This document shows positions 13,574-26,645 of a DNA stretch of 57,611 nt, in pieces. Numbering within the stretch: the first letter of the stretch is position 1; each line of letters begins with the position of its first letter. Where the stretch lies: NCBI GenBank assembly GCA_051453625.1, contig JBOZIK010000001.1, positions 22,373,308-22,430,918 on the forward strand, written 5' to 3'. The position numbers were made by a program, and so were the translations under genes. The stretch comes from Welwitschia mirabilis (taxonomy: Eukaryota). The notes below the pieces were generated by a model that saw nothing but the letters and a program-made list of their open reading frames with translations, did not search any database and was not told where the DNA came from.

Positions 13574-16500
13574 TGTTGGGAAAATGGGAAAGTTTTAATG
13601 GTGACCTTTGAACAAGATCAGACAAATTGCTGAAAATGAAATGGCTGTCAAGGTTAACAACAAAGGAATTAACTAGAACCACCAATGGATCATTCTAATG
13701 AGCTTTAGGGATAGTCCCACAATGCTTTAGTGGATACATGCCAGGATGTTTGATCCTTTTTATTGGGACGTCCGAATCTGAATAGAAATGGAAGAACACT
13801 AAAAACAACATGGGATATCTGGATTTGTGAACTGGGACGTTTGGACCCACGGGCAGCTGATAAGTTGGGACGTGTCCAACATCTTTTGAAAAGACTGATC
13901 AGGAGCCAGGACGTTCGAGATGACACTTCGAGACGTCCAAGTAGATAGATGTTGAAGCCGAATTGTAAATCAAAACGACTGTTGGATTGCGCACTTCAAG
14001 GCGTTATCCACCAAGAGCTCTTTAGGGCACACAAACCAAGTTCCAAAGCACTTTAAATGAGAATCTGACAACTTTTTTCTGAAAGAAATCTATAACTATG
14101 TGTTGTGTTATTGTTAAAGAAAAATCTATATTACACCGTACCAAACTACTCTTTATTGTATCATTCTCTGCTTGTACTATATTGAGGTATGTACATATTG
14201 TGGAGATATTGAATCTATAGGTAATGTACTGTGTATGAAAGGCACACCAACCATTAGGCCTTCTATTTGATTGATCTTTTGTGAGTGCTTATTGGATTGA
14301 GCAAGCTAACCCTTGTGAGAAGGGTGTTGTAAGTGTCCCTTGGTGAAGGGTGTTGTAAGCTACCTTTGGAGAAGGTGCTCTAAGGGAACTAAGAGGCTGA
14401 GAGCACATTGCTAGCCCCTGAGAGTGGAGTAGGTTGTCTAGTGCACTGTTTAATCTTTCTATTGCATTTTTTTAATTCTAGTAATAGAAAGCTTACGTCC
14501 CACCCACCTCCTCACTGTCTCACAATACGAACAATTGATATTAGAGCTTAGCTGCTCTAGATTGCTGTATTTTTTCTATGATTACAGGTGCACACTAGAT
14601 AGCCACCACAAGCTACGCAGAAGGGCAGTCTATCTCAAGATCTCTTCTATTCTCTAGATCAGACTATGCATATTGGAAGACCAAGATGGCCATAATCCTA
14701 CAATCACTAGATTGTGACATTTGGGATATGGTGGAATTTGGGTATGTTTCACCTACCAAGGAGGTTAATGGCAAGCCAGTGTCCAAACTTAGAAGTGAAT
14801 GGGATCCAAATGACAAAAGGTATGCCCAGTTAAATGCCAAAGCTCTGAATGCCCTAACATGCACTCTATCTCTAGAAGAATACAATAGAGTGGTTTAGTG
14901 CGCAATTGCTCAAGAAATTTGGGAGACTTAGGATTGCTCATGAGGGAAGAAATATTGTAAATAATGCCAAATTGCAAATGTTGGCAACTAATTTTGAAAA
15001 TATTCGAATGGAAGAGTAAAAAATTATTACAAAATATACTTCAAAAATAAATAACATAGTAAATAGCATGTAGGGACTAGGAGAAGCAGTTCCTTAGAAT
15101 AAAGTGGTTTGGAAGATTCTTAGGAGCCTCACAAAGAAGTTCAGATCGAAAGTTATAGCTATAGAAGAAAGCAAAGATATCAACAAAATTAAAGTCGAAG
15201 CACTCAAAAGGATCTCTTATAGCGTATGAAGCTGCTCTTCAACTTGGAGAAGAAAAACTTTGGTCTAAAGGCATGTCTGAAGAAAAGGAAGACAACACAT
15301 CCAATGAATACCTTGAAGATGATGATCTAGCTACCTTGGCCAAGAATTTCAAAAAGTTCCTCTACAAGGAGGAGGAAGACAAATTGTCAAACAAGGCATC
15401 CAAGCATAGGATCAATAGAGGTAAAAATTTGTCTACTTCATTACAATGTTATGAATGCAAGGGCTTTGACCATATTACAGCAGAATGAGCCAATAAGAAG
15501 AACAGAAAGAAACTCACAAGCAAAGGAAAGAAGGTTCTAAAGGGCACATGGGATGATGATGAAGAAACTAAATCAAGCGATGATGAGGAAGCTCTTAACT
15601 TTGGATTGATATCCATGAAAAAAGAGGTAAGAGATTTATTAGACTCTGGCTTTATTGCAATAGTAGAAGAAGAAGACGAGGTATGTTCTAATTTTGATTT
15701 TGAAGAATGTGTTGATTTGATCTTGAAGAAAATGAATTAACTAAAGCCTATGCGAGTTTATATGAGCATAGTATTCTACTTGGTTAAAAAAATAAAAAAA
15801 GGAAAAAGGAAAAGTACCTTTGAAGAAACATGTAACCGATCTTGAATCAAAGCCTTTTGATTACCCACAAGGATTTAATAATGAGAGATCTAGGTAAAGA
15901 TCAATTTGTGTATTCAAAGAGAAATCCAAGTGTTGGGGCTTGTCCCCATGAGGTATGATTCGAACTTCTGAACATTTAGAAATGATCCCACATTTGTTAT
16001 CATCATAAGAATTTTGAGCAAGTCTAAACATTCAGTCATCATCTTAAGACATGTGCTTTAACTTTCTTTAATTTTCAATGATTATTTTCCCATTACTTAG
16101 CTTCTGTGTGTGTGTGTGTGTAATTGTTGTGCTACCTCCATATTTACACTAAATGTTTCAATTACAATGAGTGTAGAATCTTTGTCTATAATGACTCATG
16201 TTTAATTTATATGTATGTATGTAGGACAAAGGTGGAGAAAGTAAGAAATTGTTGGGCTTAATATGCTTCTAAGGGATGAATTTATATATAGGTGTTTTCT
16301 AATGTTTAGTGCTTGCTTAATGGATCCATAGTATTGAATAATGTCAAATAATTGTGCTTGATGATGCTGTACATTCTTCATAGAACCTATATTGCCTCAT
16401 ATTAAGATTGTTCCTATTGTATTCACGCTTCATGATAGTATGCTTCATAGTATTATGTTTCAAAGAGACAAAGGGGGAGAAGATTTGTGTTTGTATGTAT

Positions 16501-17647
16501 TTACTATTTATTTGATTTGATGTGTGTAATATATTAGTAGAATGTCTATTGTTGTAGCTCAAATGTATGATTGCTGATTGATTGTTTCTATATGATGTCA
16601 TAAAGAATGTCACAAGGTTCGTTTGCACGATTAGGGTTGGCGAAAACTAATGCTCGTGCTTTCAATGCATTGTATGCTCTTAGAGGATATACATTCATGG
16701 GGAGCAGAGAAACTAGCAATCAACCCTTCGTCTTCCTTACCCAAGCAACCAAGAAGCTGTCATCATTGAAAAGGGGGAGATTGTGGGGAAGATGGAAAAA
16801 TTTCAATGATGTCGTCTGAAGAAGATTAGGCAAATTACTGAAAATGAAATGGTTGTCTAGGTTAACAACAAGGGAATTAACTAGAATCACTAGTGGATCA
16901 TCCTCAGGAGCTTTAGGGGGAGTCCCACAATTCTTTAGTGAATACATGTCAAGATGTTTGATCTGTTTTATTGGGACATCTGAATCTGAATAGGAATAGA
17001 AGAACACCAAATACAACGTGGGACGTTTGGACATCTGAACTAGATGTTCGACATTTTCAGCTGGCGGGGGTGTCTGACACGATGTTCAAGATGACACTTC
17101 AGGATATCCGAGTAGAGAGATGTTGGAGCGAAATTGTGAATCAGAACAACTGCTGGATTGCACACTTCAAGGTGCTAACGACTAAGAGACCTTCAGGGCA
17201 TACGAACCAAGTTCCAGAGCATTTCAAATAAGAACCTAACAACTAGTTTTTGAAAGAAATCTATAAATAGGTGTTGTCATTATTAAAGAAAAAAACTGTA
17301 TTACACTATACCAAACTACTCTCTATTGTATCATCCTTTGCTTGTCCTATATTAAGATATCTAACCTATTGTGGAGATATTGAATTTATAGTTGACATAC
17401 TGTGCATGAACGACACACCAACCATTAGGCTTTCTAGTTGATTGATCTCTTGTGAGTGCTTATTTGATTGAGCAAGCTGACCCTTTTGAGAAGGGTGTTG
17501 TAAATTGACGCTTGGTGAAGGGTGATTTGATTGAGCAAGCTGACCCAATTTGGGGTTGTAAGCTGCCCTCGGAAAAGGTGTTCTAAGGGAACCAAGAGAC
17601 TGAGAGCATGTTGTTGTCCCCTTTTAGGGTGTCTCACGATCCAAACA
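13574..17647 (+). mobile_element. Non-autonomous gag-only Sirevirus-like Copia element (TR-GAG-like)
   Basis: LTRs 13574-14533 and 16782-17647 (TG...CA); TSD GACAT at 13569-13573 and 17648-17652; decayed Met-type PBS ATTGATATTAGAGC; PPT AAAAGGGGGAGAT; no pol motifs seen. Confidence 0.92.
14599..15488 (+). pseudogene. Disrupted Copia gag
   Basis: EGQSISRSLLF..DYAYWKTKM...IWDMVEFGY...LNAKALNAL...EEYNRV, then zinc knuckle CYECKGFDHITAE* with the last Cys replaced by a stop. Confidence 0.88.
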
Positions 17648-18519
17648 GACATTGATATAAGCAACCTTCTAGGGTGGTGTTCAATAGAGGAGATAACTGT
17701 TTTCATTGATAAATCTATAGTCTTTGCTCTGGCATTGTTTTCATTAAGCAGAAAGGAGTAGAATCTTCATTCTCAAAAATCTTCATTCTCAAACTTATCA
17801 AAGCATGGGATAGAGTCAGGAGGGTGACACGCTATGATTTTAGGGTGGAGTACACATGTAAGCTTTCGTTGCTTGAGTTGATTTTTCATTTGATGTAAAG
17901 GTGTGTTCCAAATGGACGATAGTTTTCCCTTGTAAGAGGCGTTCAGAGTGATAGAAGAGATATTTAACATGGGGAGTTATAGCAGAGATATTTAACATGA
18001 CTGGAGATCTACTTTTGGTGATTTTTGACATTTATTAGTGTGCATGATTGATTCAAAAAATGGTCTATTGGGTATTTGAAAGATGGTAAAAAATAACATT
18101 AAACAACACTTGAATTAAACCTTAACTTGATGGGTCAACCCTAGAGGCATAAAAATGCTACAAGATCTTCGGCATGGGAAGGCAAAGGCAATGAGCTGCA
18201 ATTGGCAATTGTGTGGAATCTTGAGAGAAAACTTTTGTGAGATTTTGGTGATTGATGTTGTACTAAGGAATTGAGATGCAAAGGTTTTGTTCTTTATTGT
18301 AGATCTCTATTAATATGAGAGGAATACGATTGATGAACATAGGCTAAAAAGAGGCCAAACCATGTCAAAAATTGTTATGTTCTTATTTATTTTGACTTTT
18401 TTTTATTTGGTTTTTCTTTTTCGTATGATTTCACAAACGAGATTGTATGTATATGTATCCACTATCGATCTAGAGAGTATCACATTTTTCTAGGGCATGG
18501 AAAATGCTTCTAGACAACC

Positions 18520-18950
18520 AAAAGTCAATGTTCTGATTTGCAAAGGACGTTTGGATCCAAAGTAATTTTGAGATTAGCTAGGATTGTTGAAAAAATATTC
18601 CATCGGAACCTCTAAAAGATTAGAAAGTTGACATTGTCTCTTCCAAATTGTCAAGCATGGTACCTGTCTGGTGGCAAGAGGAAATGTTTGATAGAGCCAT
18701 ATGAGGGTTTCCCCCCATACCATCATGCAAATGTGATGGAAGAGACATTGTAAAGAACTTTGTGCCACCTTCGCAGAAACTGACCACAACTCGAATGTTA
18801 TAGGGTTTTAAAACAATAAGAAAGGATAGTACAAGATTACATGGATGGATTTTTACATTATAATGCTAGAGCATGTTCCTTGAAGGACAAAGGACAAAGG
18901 TATTACAAGTCCAATGTTTGTGAAAGGCAATTTAAAATGAAATGGGGACA
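18520..18950 (+). mobile_element. Gypsy gag remnant (chromovirus/CRM-like)
   Basis: KVNVLICKGRLDPK*F*D*L resembles the KxDIPEFxGxLDPxxFxDWL gag motif. Confidence 0.45.
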
Positions 18951-19239
18951 TTAAATCCTTAACCTCTTTATGATGCATATGACATGACATTATGAGCATA
19001 TGAGAAAATATCTAGACAAAGATCACAAAACAAACAGAGCCAAGATATAAATTTTCAGTGAGGATGGGGTAACAGGAGGAGTTTTCTTTTTTTTCTTTTT
19101 TCCCCTTGGCAAAGGTTTTTAGAAACAAGAAGAACAATGTCCTTCACAGAATGAGATAGGTGGTTGAGGGGCTTTATTATGGTAGAGATTTGAGGAGGAG
19201 GGTGATTGGCCTTGGTTGTGAGGGTCACTATTTGAAAAC

Positions 19240-20340
19240 GCTGGATCGTGGCATTGGTCTTGACTTCTAATCTTTGTTAATGGTTAACTAAAGATCATCG
19301 CCTCTGTTGTTTTCTTGTAATTTTCCTTGTCTGTCTCTTCTATTGATCTATGTTATAATCATGCACACATTCATTTTGAAAGATAAGTTCGACATTCATC
19401 ATTATGAGCTATGGAAGATAAAGGTGGGGGAGTTGATGTATGAGTATGATCTCAANNNNNNNNNNNNNNNNNNNNNNNNNNNNNNNNNNNNNATTACTAC
19501 TGATGAATGGAGGAGAATGGACTGAAAAGCTTTGCCTTCTATTCAATTGTCTTGATTGTTCCCTTCTCATAAACACATAGAATGAAACCTTTGCACATGG
19601 TTTGTGGAATAGATTGGAAGTGCTTCATTAGCAAAGATCATAAATAACTATGTCTTATTGCATCTAACACTTAAGAGCTTGAAACTGGAGGCGAACTACT
19701 CAATTACTATTTATCTTTAATGCTTTAACACCCTTCTCTCTTAGATGGCTATAATTGTGGTGAATATATGTAGCAAGGATAAGGTCTGACATTTCAGAAT
19801 GCATTGCTTGGATTCTGTGATAATCTACTGGTGAGTTTATGCGACAATACTTTATGCATGGTAGACTTGGATGAGGCTATGGATGTTGTTTTGGTTGAAG
19901 ATTTGAGATGTTTAGCTAACAATGCTAATTCATCAAATGGCAAGGCTTTGTACACGAGTAAGAAATAGATAAAAAGGAAACCGAGAAGCTAGAGCTATGA
20001 TAAGAATGGACATGTGAAGAAAGGATGCCCTAAAAAATCAAATGTAATAACTCTACCTCGAAAGCCCAATCTTTTAAAGAGGTTGGCTTTGTGGAGAAGA
20101 ATCTCTTGTACTTCAATATTGTTGAACCCAGTTACTGCTTTTCTCTTAAGTCCATGTCTAACAGTAAGTGAAAGTTGCACATGTTTTTGTGTTTATTTAT
20201 GTTAGTATTGTTTTTGTTCTATGTGTGTCTTGGGGTTGCTAGTTGTTCACAAGATCACATGTAAAGACACTTGTAGGTTGGTATTTGTAGTTGCTAGAAT
20301 GAGCCTATTCTACTTGTTTCTCGACATGATGAGGTGTTTG
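19240..20340 (+). mobile_element. Copia (Tork/Tnt1-like) gag remnant, copy 1
   Basis: KFDIHHYELWKIKV...EWRRMD*KA and GHVKKGCP knuckle; colinear with 21400-21910. Confidence 0.65.
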
Positions 20341-21109
20341 AAATAAAAGACTAAGTTACCTTCAACATCTAAACATAACTTCATAACAAACATAGCTTAG
20401 TTACAAAAGTGAGTGAGAAGCAAGTGACAAACTCTCAAATCTAAAGTCTTATTTGCTCATATAATTAACTTAATTACCATTAATTATTAATTATAAATTT
20501 TTAACTCCAGTTATTAATAAGTTGAACAATTATGTTGAATGAACATGTAATCTTTCACATACTATATATAGTTGAATCCTTTCAAGAATTCAAGCATGTT
20601 TGGAAGACATCATTCCTTATTTATTATCATTTGTTACAAATCTATTCTTTTTAAGTTCTTCTGCATTTCTTTTAAAATGATTCTTTCCACTGAAAAGTTA
20701 TGTATCTTTTATAAGATACATTACTTGCTCACATGGTATCAAATCATAGAAGGAATAAAAAAAAATGTAGGCAACAAATTCAAGTGACACCAAACATAAA
20801 GAATAAGGTAGTCTTTGTGCCAAAACATCAAGTTCTATTCCACACAAATTATATTAGATGAAAGATCTATATATAGAGTTCTACCAAGGATTGAGAAAGT
20901 ACATTCTAGAAGATAAAATCCAATACTTCAAAGATAGAGAAGAATCACTAAGCCATGCATTTATTGTAACAAGACTTGGAGGTGAAAATCTTTCCATGAT
21001 TGACCTAAACTACTTGTCTAGAAAGCTGTGGCTTATAGTTGAAGATATATTCTTTTTAAGAAATTGTCCCTATATGCAAAACCTCACACATAAAAGAATT
21101 TAGCTATTT

Positions 21110-21250
21110 ATTATTGTCTATCGTGATTATGCCACTGCTATTAAGTCAGTTAAAAATCCTATATTATCGAAAGAGCCAAGCATATTGATACCAAAAATCA
21201 CTTTACACATGACTCATATGCAAAAACTTCAATTGACTTGTATCCATCAA
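21110..21250 (+). mobile_element. Copia RNase H fragment
   Basis: VYRDYATAIKSVKNP...RAKHIDTKNHF across a frameshift. Confidence 0.65.
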
Positions 21251-21399
21251 CAAATGGAATCAGACGCGAATGCATCCATGACCATTTGTCTTTAGTGATT
21301 CAACACCATTATCTTTCAAATCATTGCATTTTATTTGAATATCGAAAGCTAGAATAAGGCTATGACAATGTCCGAGTTCACTGTTTGAGTCTTAGAATA

Positions 21400-22500
21400 C
21401 TTCAGTGGTGAGTTTAAGTAGGAATGTTTTGTGTATGCTTGACTTTGATGAGTTTGTGGATGTTATTTTGGCTGAAGAGCTTAGATGTCCACCCAACAAG
21501 GCTAATTCATCAAATGGTGCGGCTTCATGTGCTAGTAAGAAACAGGAAAAAGGAGATCAAGGTGCTAACACTATAAGAAGAATGGACACATGAAGAAAGA
21601 TTGCCCTAAATCTAATGTAATGATGCTATCTTGAAGCCAAATGCTCTAGAGAGTTTAAGTTTGTGGCCTAAGTATTTATTGTGCCTTGATATTTTGGAAC
21701 TGGCTTATGGCATTTCTCTCATAGCCATGACTAACAAGCAGCGGAAGTTGTACCCACATTTCTATTTAGTTGTGTTAGTATTGTTTTTCTTCTATGTGTC
21801 TTGGATTTGCTAATAATTTACAAGACCACATGCGTAGATCTTTGGAGGATGGTGCATGTAGTTGCTGGATCGATATTGTTCTATGTATTTCTTGGCTTAA
21901 GGAGGTGTAATCCCAGTCGATGTTTTATGCAGAGATACTCACATGATGGTGGCCACCTCACCAGTTATTTTGAATGCTCCAATCCATGTTTGTTAGCAAT
22001 GGATAGGGAATCTTAAAGTTATGATGGTGTTCCAATATGGATATTCCTTGTTTTCTTTTTGAAAGTAGCATATATTTGGCTTCGAGTGGGAGATTGTCAG
22101 ATATTGGTGAAGCCAAATCTATATTCTTATGTCTTGTTATATATTTTGAAGTTGTAACCACTTTCATATTGTAAAAGTAAGTTGTTTAATTCAGTCACTC
22201 TTGGTTGCTATTGTGTTTATTTTAAAGTATATTTAAAGGCATATGCCAAAAATAAATTTAGGTTTTCTAAGCTTTGTAATGGTGTCAAAATATACTTGCT
22301 ACTGGGTCTATTATAGTAGAGGTGTGAAAAGTAAAGTGATTGGTCTCCACTATAAGTGTTATCATTTAGAAAATATAGCTTATGACATTAGCTTTAGCTT
22401 GTGATCTTTGTTGTTGATTAATTGAAGATTATTGCCTCTGCTGCTTACCCACAATTTCCTTTGTTCTTCTCTTCTGTAAGTCTATGTTACTATTTCTTTA
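21400..22500 (+). mobile_element. Copia gag remnant, copy 2, with shared flanking repeat
   Basis: VILAEELR...GHMKKDCP; 22380-22500 resembles 19240-19360. Confidence 0.6.
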
Positions 22501-23759
22501 TTGATTTCTTGTTGATTGACAAGTCATTGCTGGAAGGGTGAATAATGTGCCCTTATGAGATGAACCTTACATTTGGTTTTATAAAGATGGGGGAAGCTTA
22601 GATTTTTATGATAGCAGTTTCATTTAGCTGGGTTTGTGAGGGTGAAATGATTTTAGGGTTTATGGCATCTAAACGAAAATGACAACAAAACACAAATAAA
22701 GACAAGAGGAAATAAGATGCTGAAGTTGTAAATCTTACAAAGATCTTCGAAATTTTCAAGAAAGATGAAGTATCACCATAAAAATTACATTAGTAGGAAA
22801 TTACAGCCCATGAATAAGCTCTATATTGACAACTCAACATTATAAGGGGCCCATGCATGCCTAGAACGTCCAGCGTTTTTTGTAGGATGAGTGTCCTTTG
22901 GGTTTTGGATGGTTAGATAAAACAAATGCTTGGCTATGGTTGAGGTTTTTGAGGAATTTTAGCTTAGATGGCAGAAAAGGCTTTCCAGATGATTTCTACA
23001 TGCTTTTGGGTGTTGGAAGAATGATTATAGTTGGATGCTGGGATTCAAGAAGATGTGGTATTTTATTTGTAAATCTAATCTGCATGGTATTTATTACTTT
23101 ATATTACAAAAATTAAATNNNNNNNNNNNNNNNNNNNNNNNNNNNNNNNNNNNNNNNNNNNNNNNNNNNNNNNNNNNNNNNNNNNNNNNNNNNNNNNNNN
23201 NNNNNNNNNNNNNNNNNNNNNNNNNNNNNNNNNNNNNNNNNNNNNNNNNNNNNNNNNNNNNNNNNNNNNNNNNNNNNNNNNNNNNNNNNNNNNNNNNNNN
23301 NNNNNNNNNNNNNNNNNNNNNNNNNNNNNNNNNNNNNNNNNNNNNNNNNNNNNNNNNNNNNNNNNNNNNNNNNNNNNNNNNNNNNNNNNNNNNNNNNNNN
23401 NNNNNNNNNNNNNNNNNNNNNNNNNNNNNNNNNNNNNNNNNNNNNNNNNNNNNNNNNNNNNNNNNNNNNNNNNNNNNNNNNNNNNNNNNNNNNNNNNNNN
23501 NNNNNNNNNNNNNNNNNNNNNNNNNNNNNNNNNNNNNNNNNNNNNNNNNNNNNNNNNNNNNATTTAGTTTTTTTGGAGAAACTACTCTTTTATTTGTCTT
23601 ATACTTCTATTAGTGTTCTTTCACAATTTTGTAATGTTAGAAAAATGACGACAAAGAAGCATTTCACATCTTTTGATCATATTATTCTAGTGTACAGTGT
23701 GTTCTAATGACATTTATAGTGGTTAGAGTTGTCATATTTGAAAAACATGGTTTCTGATT

Positions 23760-23876
23760 TTATTTCATTACCGACTTTTTTGGCCGACATTTTGCTGATT
23801 AATCTCTGACTCACTGGCACGACTTTTATTTTTGAGGTTGCCGACTTTTTAGTTTTGCCGACTTTTTAAACACTGG
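23760..23876. mobile_element. End of a hAT-like element
   Basis: Repeated (GC)CGACTTTT motifs ending in TTTAAACACTG (reverse complement CAGTGTTTAAA, a hAT-type terminus). Confidence 0.45.
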
Positions 23877-24067
23877 TCAAGATTACCCTTAAATGAGAGT
23901 TTTATCAATATATTTATAGACCAATTTAAAGTTTATGCCACACGTCAAAACATGATAGGCCTTTTGGGTTAGGGTTTCCCTAATTCTTGTGCTTTATCAT
24001 TACCACCACTACTACTACTACCACCATTATTGGAGAAATCAAACCTGAAGCATACCAATCCTAATGA

Positions 24068-24200
24068 GGGTATCAAGACTAAGGGAGATTTCAAGCCCAA
24101 GGGGCATCTGAAGCCTGAGTCTGAAGGAGATATCAGGCCCAAGGGGAAAATCAAGTCAAGAGGAAAATATCAAGCTGAAGAGGGATATCAAGCCCATAGC
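24068..24200. repeat. Degenerate ~18-nt minisatellite
   Basis: Recurring ATCAAGCCCAAGGGG-like units. Confidence 0.6.
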
Positions 24201-24915
24201 AGGATTTAGATGGGTTGAAGAGATTTTCTGGATTTGGTGGGATCCAAGGGCTGGCAAACAGACTTGTCATAACCAAGGCATAAGTTGTGATGGCAAATTT
24301 ATTTAAGAATATTAAAATTTGATCTTACAATTGCAATCCACTTTTGCTGCATGTTTTTATAACACTCCTTCCTTTCCTTCTCTCTTCTTTTTTTGATTGT
24401 TAGTTCCTTGTGTTTGCTTCCTCAGTCTATGCAGCTTTTTTTGTTCCCTCTTGTTTGTAATTATGCTTTTTCCTGGGGCTGGCCTTGTGAATAGATTTAG
24501 TTGGTTTCCTGTTTATTATTATTTTTTAAAATAAAGCAAAAATAAAAATTGAAAAGCAAAAAAAATGATATGGATGTTGTTTGTGTTATTCAATCCCCAT
24601 GGATATCATCATAACTAAAAATAAATTCATATACGTCCATATAGACAAGCCAGACAGACAGAGATTGCTAACGTGCACTCTGCTTGTGCAGAATACAAAA
24701 ATGAATTGTATGTGTTGTAAGTTTTCTCAATGTTTTGTTTCCAATTTATCTCATCAAATTGCACTATATGCTGATACAAGATTGTGGGCCTGCATCATAA
24801 TTATTATGGCAGCATGCTTAGAAATTGAACAACAGTAAAAATTATTGGTATTTTCATCCCTTCATGGCAGGGCCTTCATAATTGATTCCCTAACATGATT
24901 TATTTTTTAGTTCAG

Positions 24916-24995
24916 ATATCTGGCAACAACCTCATCAGACCAAACTGTAAAGATATGGAATGTAGATGGCTTCACATTGGAGCGCACTCTTAAAG
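24916..24995 (+). CDS. LST8: LST8 exon [26 protein letters not shown](G)
   Basis: ttcag|A ... G|gtaaat; WD40 repeat. Confidence 0.97.
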
Positions 24996-25078
24996 GTAAA
25001 TCAGTTTAAATTTTACAAGACAAAAAGGAAGGATTTTTATAGAATTGACTTCTCCAGAAATTGCTGATTTGAACACAG

Positions 25079-25138
25079 GACATCAGCGATGGGTTTGGGA
25101 CTGTGTATTTTCTGTTGATGGAGCATTCCTTGTGACTG
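25079..25138 (+). CDS. LST8: LST8 exon (G)[19 protein letters not shown](A)
   Basis: cacag|GA ... G|gttagt; hallmark GHQRWVWDC motif. Confidence 0.97.
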
Positions 25139-25597
25139 GTTAGTCTTTATTTCATGCAGATACTCTTTTTTCCTTATAATTCAGAACATTTATATTAGTG
25201 AAGAAGATTCCTTATGGTGTATGTTCATAATAGATTTTGTTGTCTTGAAAACTGCTTAGAGAAACTCAAAAATGAGAATATGACAAAACGTTCTTGCTTT
25301 TATAGGTAGTACTTATACTCAGTATCTTTGATCAGTACAGAATATATGTCTGTGTGGTCTCTTGGTAATTGGTATTCATGTGCATGATTTGAAGATTTTA
25401 TTGTCTACAGTCTTTGGGATGCTGTGGAATCACTTTTTGTGATGGTCACTAATAACCTGTGATATAAAAAAAATTATCTAAACAATTTTCAGTTCTTATT
25501 CTGCGAACATGGGAAGCAAAAGTAGTCCAACAAATATGCTCTTTTATTCCTTTGATTTAATGATTTGCTTATGAACCTCATTTCCTTGTCTATGCAG

Positions 25598-25725
25598 CTT
25601 CTTCAGATACAACTGCAAGATTATGGGATCTTTCCACTGGTGAGGCCATTAGAATCTATCAAGGTCATCACAAGGCAACTGTGTGTTGTGCTCTTCATGA
25701 TGGCACAGAGGCCACTCCCTGTTGA
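25598..25725 (+). CDS. LST8: LST8 last coding exon [41 protein letters not shown]
   Basis: tgcag|CT; conserved [16 protein letters not shown] at 25723-25725. Confidence 0.97.
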
Positions 25726-26483
25726 TTTAAATCCTGGATATTAAAGGGTCACAGACAGGTAGTTGCTTGATTCAGTGGGACCATTTTGATCTGATGAATG
25801 ATTTACAATGGAGTCATAAATGATGTACAACATCATTGAATTTGCAGTTTGAGCATTTTCGTGGTTAAAGGTTTAGAATGAGCGTGGTCCATGCAGTAGC
25901 TATTCTGAAATCATTACCAGGCAGCATACATAAGACTATATTTGCATCACTTGCTAACAAAATAATAATTTTATTTGAGAACTTTCCTTGTTTATGCATA
26001 TGATTCATTGATAGAATTTTTGTAGTTTGCAACAAAACACACTTTCATTTACACATGTGTTCACACTGGTTCCATGCTAAATGCCTTGAACAAGTAGTTC
26101 ATGTTTCCTGAGAGAGGTATCAACTCAGGAAAACAGTTTTTTGCTTGCTCACTGTTTGGAAAGTATGTGTCACAAAAATTTAAAATTAACAGCTTGACAT
26201 GTGCTAAATTGCAATTATGTATTCAAGCATCAACAAGATCGTTTGTCATTTTTGGTGCTGGTCACTGGTGGAAGGGCATGTATTTGACGTTCTTTTCTGT
26301 ACCCATTATGTTATATTGAAACCTCTTTTGCTAAGTACTTTACAAGTTGTGACATCCTTTTCAATCACAAAAGCATACAATATGTAAGAAACTTTTAATG
26401 GTTATGTGATGGACAACAAGAAGCGAAATGATACTTTCAGCAATCCAATCACTTATGGTGCTTGAAGCTTGTTTTGATATTTT

Positions 26484-26645
26484 TGCAAACTTGGTTCAGA
26501 CAACTGCAAGATTATGGGTCCTTTTAACTAGTGCTAAAGAGTCTTATCAGGTGAATCAGAAGTCAGCAGCATGTTCCACTTTCATGAAGGAAAAGGTGGC
26601 ATCAATAACAACATGCTTCACTTTCATGAAGGAAAAGATGCCATC
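26484..26645 (+). pseudogene. Decayed duplicate of the LST8 last exon
   Basis: ACAACTGCAAGATTATGGG is identical to the real exon; TTARLWVLLTSAKESYQVNQKS aligns with [23 protein letters not shown]. Confidence 0.8.

Larger units (their letters stand above)
3079..24915 (+). other. LST8: 21,837-nt GT-AG intron of LST8 filled with TE remnants
   Basis: Split Arg codon AG|A joins ...EHH-R-YLAT with no missing LST8 sequence. Length includes N gaps. Confidence 0.92.

Noticed and set aside
14310..14385. CRISPR-like spaced repeats (GAAGGGTGTTGTAAG)
   Set aside because: Internal LTR repeats, also present in the 3' LTR; eukaryotic context with no cas genes.
25702..25725. C-terminal Cys as a lipidation signal
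   Set aside because: ATPC* is not a CaaX or CC/CXC motif.
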